Positions 53,990-64,000 of a DNA stretch of 64,000 nucleotides are shown here, piece after piece (within the stretch, counting starts at the first letter, position 1; each line of letters begins with the position of its first letter). This DNA is from Xylographa opegraphella (Eukaryota): NCBI GenBank assembly GCA_022813865.1, contig JALDZX010000008.1, positions 434,001-498,000 on the forward strand, written 5' to 3'. The translations under genes were made by a program, and so were the position numbers. Below the pieces are notes generated by a model that saw only the letters and a list, made by a program, of their open reading frames with translations, ran no database searches and was not told where the DNA came from.

Positions 53990-54995
53990 GGCTTTCTGCG
54001 CGCTTTGCAGAATTTAGTTTTGGCCTACCAGGCGCCGCCTAGTGACTTTATTTTTTGAGGTAGATGTTCATATGGGATGTGTTCACTTGGAAGGAGCATA
54101 TGTCCCGTGCTATCATGCCATATTCCCACGAACACTGACACGATAACTTTCGCTTTTAATTTTTTTGCGCGATATCGATTATCCTACGCTGGCTGCAGTA
54201 GTGTCAATGGATAATATGTAGGTCAGCTTACCCAACTGACTCGGTCTATTGTTGTACTTGATAATGATCGTTCGTGATATAGATTATTGTTTTTTATATT
54301 CGTAGACTTGAGATTTTGCGATTTCAACGGTATTGATTTAGGGCCATGCACCGTGCGGGAGTGCTCCTAATCGGGAAGCTCGAGACTAGTGACAGGAGTA
54401 CTCCTTAACCCACCGCAGTGCATCAAGGTCAACCATGGAACTCGACTCTCCTCCAGCCAATGGACAAGATCAATGCACCTAAAATATTGCCTTTCTATGA
54501 ATGAGAACGATTCACAATGCTGTTGATCCAATGCCGAGTGAGGGCCTTGTATCACAGCAGAATTGTGCTCGGGGCTTGCAGCCTCATCCATTACTGACCA
54601 ACGGATAAAACATCCGCGTGCGAGAAAGAATGCTAAACAGTGGTATGATGCAATTCTCATCAGGATCATATCGTGCATCAAATCCTGTACCTCTGATTAT
54701 TACTTGCCGTACTTTGTGTCCTTCTGTTGTTACGCCACAGTATTCGAGACTTTCCCATCAAACCTAGCTAGTCTAGGAATTGCATCCTTCGCGCCTCTGA
54801 GTCAATGGCAGTGAGCTTATGCCGAAGACAATCACTGCCGATCACATACATCACACTCACTGGCGAATTAGCGTGCATTTCACCCCATCCTTGTGTAATT
54901 CAGGAACGATGTCATTGTTCCATTTCCCCATGCGTCCTGTTGCTTGAATTGCCATCTTCTCGGCCGTCCCTTCATCTCCTTGCTTGCATCTCACC

Positions 54996-56181
54996 ATGGC
55001 GTCTCATGTACCTCCTGGAAGCTTACGCCTACTTGACAAGGTCGCCATTGTAACTGGTGCTTCCTCTGGGCTCGGCCGTGCCATTTGCCTGGCGTTCGCA
55101 GCCCAGGGGACCCATCTCGTTGTATGTGCGGACTTGCGACCCACACCCCGAGGGGTATTTGGGGCCCAGGATGTGGAGGTCTCAACGCATGACCTGATCT
55201 GCCAGCGCCATGGCGAGAAGAAGGCTGTGTTTGTGAAGACGGACGTGACGGTTGCCGCGGAGGTGGAAGCGTTGGTACAGGAGGCAGTCAAGCTGGGGGG
55301 CAGATTGGATATGTGAGTTCTACTTATGCTCAACGATCGATAGGGACAGAGTTCCAGCGGCTTTTATATGCTCCACGATCTCTGGTGGTAGTAATGGCAA
55401 AATGGGTTGGGTATCATTCAGGCTGACCTTTCACTTGTTTTTAGTATGGTCAATAATGCCGGTACAGGCGGCACGGAAAGCGCTGGAAAAGTTCATGAGA
55501 TGAAAGACGAGACGTGGGACTTTGTCATGTAAGTGGTGATCCTTGCTCGCCAGTCCTCTAATACCCTGTATTCATCTCTCCGTACAAACTGCTGATATAT
55601 CAATGTTGCAGGAATATCAATAGCCGCAGCGTCTTCCTTGGCTGCAAGCACGCCGTCGGGCAGTTCCTCAAACAAGAACCACGTCCCAACAAGCATCGAG
55701 GATGGATAATCAATACAGCAAGCATGCTTGGCGTGGTAGGCTTGAAACCTGGTGCTTGTAAGTCGAGGAATGTCCTCTTTACATAAGTTGCATTGGCTAA
55801 AAAGATCCGATCCACATAGCCGCATACTGTGCATCGAAAGGAGCCGTGGTTCTGCTGACGAAGCAGATTGCAGTCGAATACGGCAAGGAGAAAATCCACT
55901 GCAACGCTTTGTGCCCGGGCTGTAAGTCAACTCTCAACCTTCCTCCGAGTCTGTATGCGGTCATCTGATAATCATGTTCACCGCCAGATCTCAAAACCCC
56001 CATGACAGAGCCTATCTACAACGATCCCCAAAATAGAGCCGACATCGAAGCCATGACGCCCTGGGGCGAATGGGGTAACGTGGAAGACGTGGCCGCCTGC
56101 GCCGTGTTTCTAGCCAGCGACGATGCGGCCTACGTGACTGGCGTGCCGCTGTTGATTGATGGAGGATATACTGCTCAGTAG
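54996..56181 (+). CDS. Short-chain dehydrogenase/reductase (multi-exon)
   Basis: VTGASSGLG, spliced VNNAG, INTAS, catalytic YCASK, NALCPG, IDGGY. Confidence 0.92.
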
Positions 56182-56786
56182 AAAATGGGAAATGCCAGCA
56201 GGAATCCTCGAACAGATTCACATATTCAGACGACTGTAACAACATAAAAAGTCCCAACTGCCCTTACCACCTCTTTACCACCGCTCTCATCGCCCAATTC
56301 CCCACTATTGGCCACCCTTATCATGCCCATTCCTTCAGACTCTATCTACCGTGAACGGCTTGAACGCCTATCCTCCATAGCTCATTCACTCTTCGGGTTC
56401 TTCCACCACGACTTACTGTATCCCAGACCTATACGGCCGCACCATACCACCTCTATAGTCCTTATCCAGCATCGTCGGCGCTCCGTGCAGTAGAAGCTCG
56501 CGGCGGCGCCCTTCGATATAAGCGGTCAACCCTCAAAATCCTTGAGATATGTTGATAGAGTATTCCATGCTTACGGGCTCCGACAGTCAAAACCCCCATG
56601 ATACGAAGGCCATACCTATCCGATTGGTGGAACCGCAGGACAATCAATCCTCCGAACAACAGATTAAGAGAAGAAGTAACACAAACCTCTTCCCCGAAGG
56701 CTCCGCGCCCTCATTCAGCGCTCTCCCACCCTTCTTTACCTTATGCTACCGAAAAACCTAACATTCCCCACACCACGCTCCTCAGC

Positions 56787-57942
56787 ATGGAAAGCCAAGA
56801 CGCGCTCGACGCCTCGCCATTCTGCAACCCCCCAACCAGTGATGGGGAAGCGCCAGATAAGGCATGCGAGCAGCAGCGCCTAACATTCGCCACCGAGTTC
56901 GTACACCGGCTGCAGCGCGACGGATACGTGAGACTGCGCGGCCACGGCATCAGCGCCACGCAGATCTCGGAGGTCTTCCAAGCCGTGAGTCCCTTTCACC
57001 CCCCCCCCCCCCACCAACTCGCCACGCAGCCAAACGAAGCCAACGAAAAAAAAAACCCCCCTACAGCACAAAACATTCTTCGACCTCCCCCTCTCGCGCA
57101 AGCGCGAACTGCTCCACCCCGGCGGCGCCCGCCCCGCCCGCGGCTTCACGCCCTCGCACACGGAGAAAACTTTCCTCCACCTCCCGCACCTCTCGCGCGC
57201 CGCCCCCGACGCCGCCGAGCCGCGCGAGCAGTTCACGCTCGGCCCACCCACGGACGACACCTACCCGACCCCCTGGTTCCCGGCCCCGCACCTCTCGCCC
57301 GAGCACGCCACCCTGCTCACCTTCTACGACGCCTGCCGCACCACCGCCCTCGCCCTGACGCAAGCCCTCGAGCTCGGCCTCGGCGTCCGCAGCGGCACGC
57401 TGACGACGCACTGCGCGCCCGACGCGTCGGAGCTGACGCTGAACTGGTACCCGGCCGCCGCGCACGCGGCGCTGCAAGGCCCGCGCCTGCAGCGCATCTG
57501 GCCGCACTCCGACCTCGGCATCGTGAGCCTGCTGTTCCAGGACGGCGTCGGCGGGCTCGAGTTCGAGGACCGCGCCCGCGGCGGCGGCGGCGGCGGCGGC
57601 GGCGGCTTCGTGCCCGTGCGGCCGAGCGCCGTGCCGGGCGAGCTGCTGCTCAATGCGGCGGATACGTTGGAGCGCTGGACGAACGGCATGGTGCCGGCGG
57701 GCGTGCATCGCGTCGCGGTGCCGGTGGCGATGAGGGGCGGCGGCGGCGGCGGTGCGGCCGAGGGGGAGATGGTGCCGGGGAGGCGCTCGGTCGTGCTGCT
57801 GTACCGCGCCAGGGGGGAGGCGTCGGTGGCGCCGTTGCCGGCGTTCGTGACGCCGGACGCGCCGGCCCGGTTCGGGGAGATGACGGCGACGGAGTACTTG
57901 AAGGTGAAGAATAAATTGACGTTCGGGGACGTTGTGGAGTGA
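56787..57942 (+). CDS. 2-oxoglutarate/Fe(II)-dependent oxygenase (IPNS/DIOX-like), one intron near 56985-57066
   Basis: GYVRLRGHGI, LNWYP, HSD (HxD), LLFQDGVGGLE, LERWTNG, HRV, RRS (RxS). Confidence 0.9.
57580..57606 (+). repeat. (GGC)9 microsatellite encoding poly-Gly inside the 2OG oxygenase
   Basis: Directly visible. A second, shorter Gly run lies near 57735-57752. Confidence 0.9.
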
Positions 57943-58097
57943 GATGGCAATTAGTCGATTTACGGCTCAAACTTTTATTACATATCCTCCATCCGCGTCA
58001 TGTTTCACCCAGTATTCGCCGTCCTTCGCCGTCCTTCACCGCGCATACATGCCAAGACATCCCGCTTCCTAGCCCCGTCGCTCGCTTCCATCGCCAC

Positions 58098-59876
58098 TTA
58101 CCCGCCGGACGCCTCGGCTTGCGCTTTGCCGCCCGCATCGTTCCCCTCTCCCCCTGGCAAGCTCCACTGCGGATCCCAGTAGTCCCACAACCGATCCGCC
58201 TCTTGCCCATTCCCTGTGCCACCCTTTCCGTTCTTCGTGATATGACTGCTTGGAGCCCGGAACCGGCTCAGGCCGGTGGTGCGGTCGTAGCTTTCATACG
58301 CGCATGCTAGCCGCTTGCCGCCGCCGCCGGGTAGCGTGACGATGAAGTTGGGGGTCATGAAGCCGGCGATGGTGCCGCGCATCCGCGCCTCTAGCGCCAG
58401 GATGATTGACAGTGGTGTGCGCAGATCTTCGACGCCGCGTACCATGTCGCCCTGTAGAACGTAGTACTGGTGTTTGCCTGTTAGTGCACCCTGAATGGGG
58501 AATCGGTGTTCATTGTGCACAGGTGGAAATACTCCAACTCAAAAGAGATAGGATCTGGTGGTACGAGCTATATGTCCACGTCTACCCCAGCAGAGAAAGG
58601 GCCAACGGGGATCAAAGCTAAGTGCATAGAAAATCTACTCACCGGCTGAATATTCAGCACCGCTAGTTTGTGGATAAGCGTGCTCATGGTATCGAAATCG
58701 CTATTGACGCCATTGAGCAACACTGTCTGGTTGCGCACACTAACGCCGCTGCGGAAGAAGCGGCGAGCCGCAGCCTCCGTAACCCAAGTGATTTCGCGAG
58801 GGTGGTTGAAGTGAGTTTGCAAGCTGACGCTTTTGCCCACCGCACGGCCAGTGTCGCTCAGCTCGATAAGCGCTTCCGCCCACGAGTCGTGCGGGTCGAT
58901 GATGCGCGAGGGGCACACGGCCAGACCCTTGCTCGCAAAGCGGACACGTGTAACATGTGGGATGGCAAGCAGTCGCCGCCCGATAGCTAGCAGCTGCGCG
59001 GGGTCCAGGCTGTAGCCATCGCCGCCGGAGACCAACACGTCGGCGAGCTGTGGCGTGCGCTCGATGTAGTTGAAGATAGGCTCCCATCGCTTGGCGATGG
59101 GCAAGAAGCGCACTTTGCTCACACTGTCGGTATCGACACCGACGCTGTAGGAGCGTGTGCAAAAGCGGCAGTAGACCGGGCAGACAGAGCTCGCTGCATT
59201 GGTAGGTTACCGTATGCTGAGGATATCGCAATGCCGAGCAGGACTTACCGAGAAAAAGGGCTTTGTCCGGGTAGCGATGAACGAGACCGTGGACAGGTGA
59301 GTCGCCGGCCTCATCCAACGAGTCGAGACGGAGCCGTGGGTGGTCAGGACGAAGCCGAGAGCCGAGTGGGACAAATTGGCGGAATAGAGGATCAGAAAGC
59401 GGATCGGACCAGTTGATAAGACTCAAGATGTGAGGAGACAATCGGACCGACATGGGCGCTTTTTGGATACCAACGGTAACATCATTTATCAGTCGAGAGC
59501 TATCCAAAAGCACCGGAGAAGTTGCACTCGAAGATGAGGTTGGTGGGATGTCGTGCGGTAGCACGGAGCGGAGAAAATCAAAGAGCTGAACAGGAGTCTG
59601 GACAGTATTGTTTCTCTATTCATAGGTTGACTTCATTTCCAATTTCGATTGGGACACTGTGCATACTTGCCAATCGTAGTTAAGAAAATCATCTGAAGTA
59701 GCCCTTCTCCAACGAGGGATTTGCTGCCAGTAAAGTTCTTGGGTTGAAGCTTGTGACTCGAATGCTAGGAGCCGCGGGGAATAGGTGGCGAAGCCATGTG
59801 TCGATGGCGATGCTCCTCGAGCCCAGGCTTCATTTATTGATTTGCGGACGACAGAACCGTGCCAGATGGACCGCAT
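58098..59876 (-). CDS. KamA-family radical-SAM/PLP aminomutase (lysine 2,3-aminomutase-like), 3 introns
   Basis: GLVHRYPDKALFL. Spliced CPVYCRFCTRSY (CxxxCxxC), SGGD, THFNHPREIT, NQTVLLNGVN, PYY, and LPGGGGKR carrying the PLP Lys. Confidence 0.92.
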
Positions 59877-60433
59877 CGTGCTGCGTTGAACTTACTGCTG
59901 ACTTGAGAGTAAGGTTCGTGAGGCTTTGGCGGCTACGAGCCAAGCTTGCTATTTTTTAATCTTGCACACAGATATCGCCGAACATTGCTTGACTTTGAGC
60001 GAAGTAACTTTGAGTAAGATCTTCTTAAAGAGTATTGATGGAAGAAACAACCCCGCTTTCCCAAGCATGTTGATCTTCTTGTCGTGCAGCTCTGGTGGCT
60101 GCAGTATGGTGGGGTTGTTGGTCCATCTCGATCACACTTGACATAGTACCGCGAGTGAGGAAATAAGAGAAAGAATCAGATGCGAGACAAGAGTAGGGTT
60201 GTGAATATAAAAATGCCAACAATAGGCCATTGTTCCCGGGCGGACCTGCCCCTAATGTGACTGTCCACCCAAATCGTTTCAGGCTATCATGGATGATGGG
60301 AAAGGGTTCTGACCAAGTATATTCTATACATCGTAAATGCCCAGCCTGCACAGAGAGATAATGTTAGGAAGCTAATTGACGGTATGCTCAAATGGTTTCC
60401 AACAATTTACTTTCTGTAACTGAACACTCTGTT

Positions 60434-62325
60434 CTATGGAGCAATCATGACGAACTGGGGCCCATTGTAGTTACCACGCGCATGCAGATTCCAGTTCAAA
60501 GCACCAAACAGCGCTACTACCACCAACACGACGCATGTATAATCTGTTGTGCGGTTAGTGAACTCATGCATGTTGGATGACTTATCGTGCAGTAAATGCT
60601 AGGAATACAGAACGTACTCATGTTCCCGGCCGTAGCCGGCATATCTGATGGCAAACTGTAAATGATGGCAACGACAATCGTCCAAGTGACGGTGACTCCA
60701 TTGAATACCCAACCAAGACGACCCATGTTGAAATGACCTTGACGTGGGAGGTAACGCGAATCACGTTGACGCCACATCAGCAATGCGGCAGGGAAAGCAA
60801 ACGATATCTGCTCGACCAGGACGCCTGTTCCGCAGAGACTGTTAAATGCTGCATTACCCGTTAGCAGCCATGCAAAGACCTTTGATCAGCGCGACAAGAA
60901 GCTAACCGGTACTGGAAGCCATGTACAAGCATCCCAGGGCTGCGATCCAGATGGCATTGTACGCAAGCGCATTAACAGGAATTTTCTGCTTGGGGCTGAT
61001 TCTTTTGATAGAGGTGGATCCTACTAGAGCATCATCACGAGCAAAGGCCCATGTCAGACGTGAAGCAGTTGCAACACTTCCAATCGCAGTGAACAAGCCA
61101 ACCGAAGTAAACAGGACTATGAAAGTATTGGTCGCAGCTGGCGAGCGAGTTGCCTGAAACCACATCTCAAACAACGGTACTCTGAAAGTAGTAAGTATAA
61201 GCTAAAGCCCATGGGGAATAGCCCCTACCCTGTTGCTGATGATATAAGACTTCGGAGGTTGGTGATGCAGTAAAGCATCACAACCACAAACAGCAACGCT
61301 GATATGCATCCCATGAAGAGACTGACCAGTATAGACATAGGCACGGTACGAGCTGGATTGAACGTATCTTCCGACAGATGAATTGGACCGTCAAGTCCAC
61401 CCAGGCCAAAATTTGGGCACGTAAGGCCAGTGAGAAATGTAGCAGCAGAACTCTGCCACCCGCTCTCATCCACAAACGTTGTCCAGACATATCTACTCGA
61501 TTGTTTCGAATTTGCCATGGCGAGACAAGTGATGGTAATGGCGAAGAAGGAGACTATCGAGAGTATACCTAGGAAGCACTTAGCGGCCACAAAATTTGTT
61601 GCTACGAGGTACTCACAACCAACTTGATGGGTCCCTGGTAGGTGGTATAGTGCAATTGCATTGTATAAAAAGGTCATCACATTAATACCTTGATAAAGCA
61701 AAAAGATATGCCAGCGTCGGATAGTGAAGCCTGGAGAGTTGAAGGCAACTAGACCCATGATGAATTGGGCATTTGCAACTGTGACACCTGCACAAATCCC
61801 CAGACGCCCCACTACATTGGCAATCGCGCAACAGTAACTCTAGATTATATTAGAACAGGATACACTAGCGACTGAAATACTGACCAGGAGTCGTTTTAGG
61901 CGCTTCGGCGCAAGCAAATGCGTCCAGTGATACTGGCCCCCAGCAGTGGGATAGTGAGCAGAAAGTTCCGCAAGTGATAAGGCCGTGGCCCCGTAAACCA
62001 GTGACAGCAGCATCATGCCATAAATCAACGTCACTGGACCACCATGGGTGATACCGACAGCAAAAACAGCGCCAAATCCCCACCAAGTATTCAGTATATT
62101 CCATGCTGCAGCTAAAAGCGTAAGGTTACTCATTGACTTAATGGGTTTCTCAACATCGCCTCGAACCATATTACCTTGCTGTATTAATCTCAAAGACAGA
62201 ACGTATAGGCCGGGACGGGACTGACCTTCGCGAACTAAGTTCTGAAGTTCGTGTTCTGGCTCCTTGGAGACTCGAGTCATGCCACCATGGTTTTCTACGT
62301 CTTTCGGACGTGGCGAAGACATCAT
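60434..62325 (-). CDS. APC-family amino acid/choline/GABA permease (HNM1/UGA4-like), multi-exon
   Basis: GGPVTLIYG, SLAELSAHYPTAGGQYHW, HLSED...VP, SRLTWAFARD. Confidence 0.88.
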
Positions 62326-63514
62326 GAAGTTGCTGAAGTCCAGTTCATGGGCTTCGCTGGCTCAACTATAACCCCTGGTTGGACTTTCAGAGAGATGATG
62401 AATATCAAAGCGATACTGAGCAAGCTGTGAAGGGTGCTCTGCCACACCATTAAACCCTGACTCATAGTGGTTGGGAGAGCTTATCAGGTACCTCTGCCCT
62501 GCCAGCATCACTGCATCAGATCTGGTTAGCATACAAGTAGGCACCAAAATCGCATGGGCTACACAAACATCAGAGTTTGATCCTTTGAAACTGACTTTTG
62601 GCGAAAGACCTCAGCAGCAGTAGAAACCACATGACATTACACATTCGCGACGGCAGGCATATGTTTCTTTTCCCAAAGGGTATGCTTCCGGACATTCGAC
62701 CATGGGTGTTCCAGAAGCAGCGACAACAGTGTCCGGAGTTGTATCGCAATTCACGACAGCCATGATATCATAGATTGGACGGTGGCAGTCACACTTCTTT
62801 CCTTAGTCCTAAGACAGCAACGGTCCAATCGTCCAGCGGGTGATGAGATGTTCTTCGTGGATGTCGGTCAGAGCGAACCAATGGCTGCATACCGCTGATG
62901 CACGTCATCCAGCGGGCCGCGCTGTCTATTCAAAGGAACGGGCTGAGCTTCTGAAGGGAAGGAGCTGATGCGGCTATAAGGCGCAAACCTAACATAACTT
63001 CCAATCGGAAAGATGTAGTGACTCCGCGCTTACCGGCCCATGGATCCCAGAGCTGAGGGCGGATCTCTGGCCTTAGGCTACGGTCATCGTACCGGAACAT
63101 ATAGGATTGGTTGTCCAACATGTGTTAAGATCGTCACATGGCGCGAGTGTGGTTCTACAAAGCCAGTCATTCAAGCACGGAAATTGGCAAGATACCCGCC
63201 CGATCCGACAAGAGACATGAGAGGTAAGTGAGAACTTGATTCTGGATTCAGGGTGGAGGGGAGAGAAAGCCACCTTGCTCCATGCGAGATGATAGACCAC
63301 CGAAGTATCTTGTTTCTCGATCCTGATTTTTCCTCGCTTTGTCTCTTCGTACCGTGCCACGCTATTACAGCCATATTTACATACTCACAGCTACAGCCAA
63401 GCAACGGGTGAGAGTTTGAGTCACGAATTTGTATCCGCACACCTGCTCTCGAGAGATGTTAGGGTTAATTTGGGCCGCTTGTCATTGCGCATAACTCTAT
63501 CTCCGCCAGTTATG

Positions 63515-64000
63515 CTAAGCTCTCGCTGGTACGGCAAGACAATCTTCAAATGGTAGCCCAGCTGCTTGTTTGATGATTTCCAAAGCTTGCATCACTTTCT
63601 CGTCGTCCATCCTCTTGGCAACCAGTTGAAGACTCACCGGAGAGTCTCTCTGTTTGTATGCATCATAATGATCGTGGGACCATTTGTCTATCTCGCTCCG
63701 GGGCTCGTAATCCTCGTCTTCCCGGTCCAGCTTCGGATCGACCCTACCAACGGGGAACACACAGGCTGGATAGTCAAGCAGATTCCAGATGGATGCGTAC
63801 CCCCAATAATGCGCAGTTTCCAGCAGTGGAGCGGGGCTTTGCTGGTATGGGCAAAGAATCACGTCCATGTCAGGGGCTTTGGCATTCCACTCTTGTAGAT
63901 ATTCATAGCGATACTTCTCTCGTTCGTTTGTCCACTTCCACACCTCGTGCAATGATAGTTCTTCCACCCCTGGGCCATCGACCATTCGGTACGATGTCAA
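63515..64000 (-). CDS. Amidase-signature (acetamidase-like) enzyme, C-terminal part; runs off the window
   Basis: DVILCP, YWGYASIWNLLDYPACVFPV, PVSLQLVAKRMDDEK. Confidence 0.8.
   Translation of the reverse strand: MTSYRMVDGPGVEELSLHEVWKWTNEREKYRYEYLQEWNAKAPDMDVILCPYQQSPAPLLETAHYWGYASIWNLLDYPACVFPVGRVDPKLDREDEDYEPRSEIDKWSHDHYDAYKQRDSPVSLQLVAKRMDDEKVMQALEIIKQAAGLPFEDCLAVPARA

Noticed and set aside
56999..57060. Poly-C and poly-A homopolymers suggesting a frameshifted pseudogene
   Set aside because: They lie within the GTGAGT...ACAG intron of the 2OG oxygenase, and the spliced frame appears intact.
56598..57914. 438-aa Arg/Pro-rich ORF, and similar long shadow ORFs at 25294-26043, 37034-37672, 48299-48925 and 49467-50474
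   Set aside because: These are read-through of an intron into the wrong frame, or antisense frames of GC-rich real genes that lack stop codons.

Overview
Intron-rich, gene-dense DNA of a filamentous ascomycete (GT-AG introns with CTRAC-like branch points). The window has two halves. Positions 1-31.9 kb hold conserved housekeeping genes: STE20/PAK, RCC1, SER3, a roadblock-like gene, GLO1, GEM1, creC, creD-like arrestin, a conserved hypothetical, CAP1, DOA4 and VPS27. Positions 32.9-64 kb form an accessory block of transporters and tailoring enzymes with no PKS, NRPS or terpene synthase. The most notable element is a spliced 141-aa signal-peptide precursor at 42081-42556. It is made of Kex2-type KR-delimited, Asp/Tyr-rich repeats, with DMAADY and EITADYEVAPDY cores alternating. 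It lies near a membrane-anchored tyrosinase with an atypical CuB site, a PSD-like pyruvoyl decarboxylase, two MFS transporters, an O-methyltransferase, a GNAT and an FMO. Together these form a candidate fungal RiPP (KEP/dikaritin-like) cluster, and I could see no DUF3328 gene in it. Further right is a module of KamA-type radical-SAM aminomutase, 2OG-Fe(II) oxygenase, SDR, amino-acid permease and amidase. All calls come from motif recognition by eye and no database searches were run. CDS coordinates are gene spans including introns.
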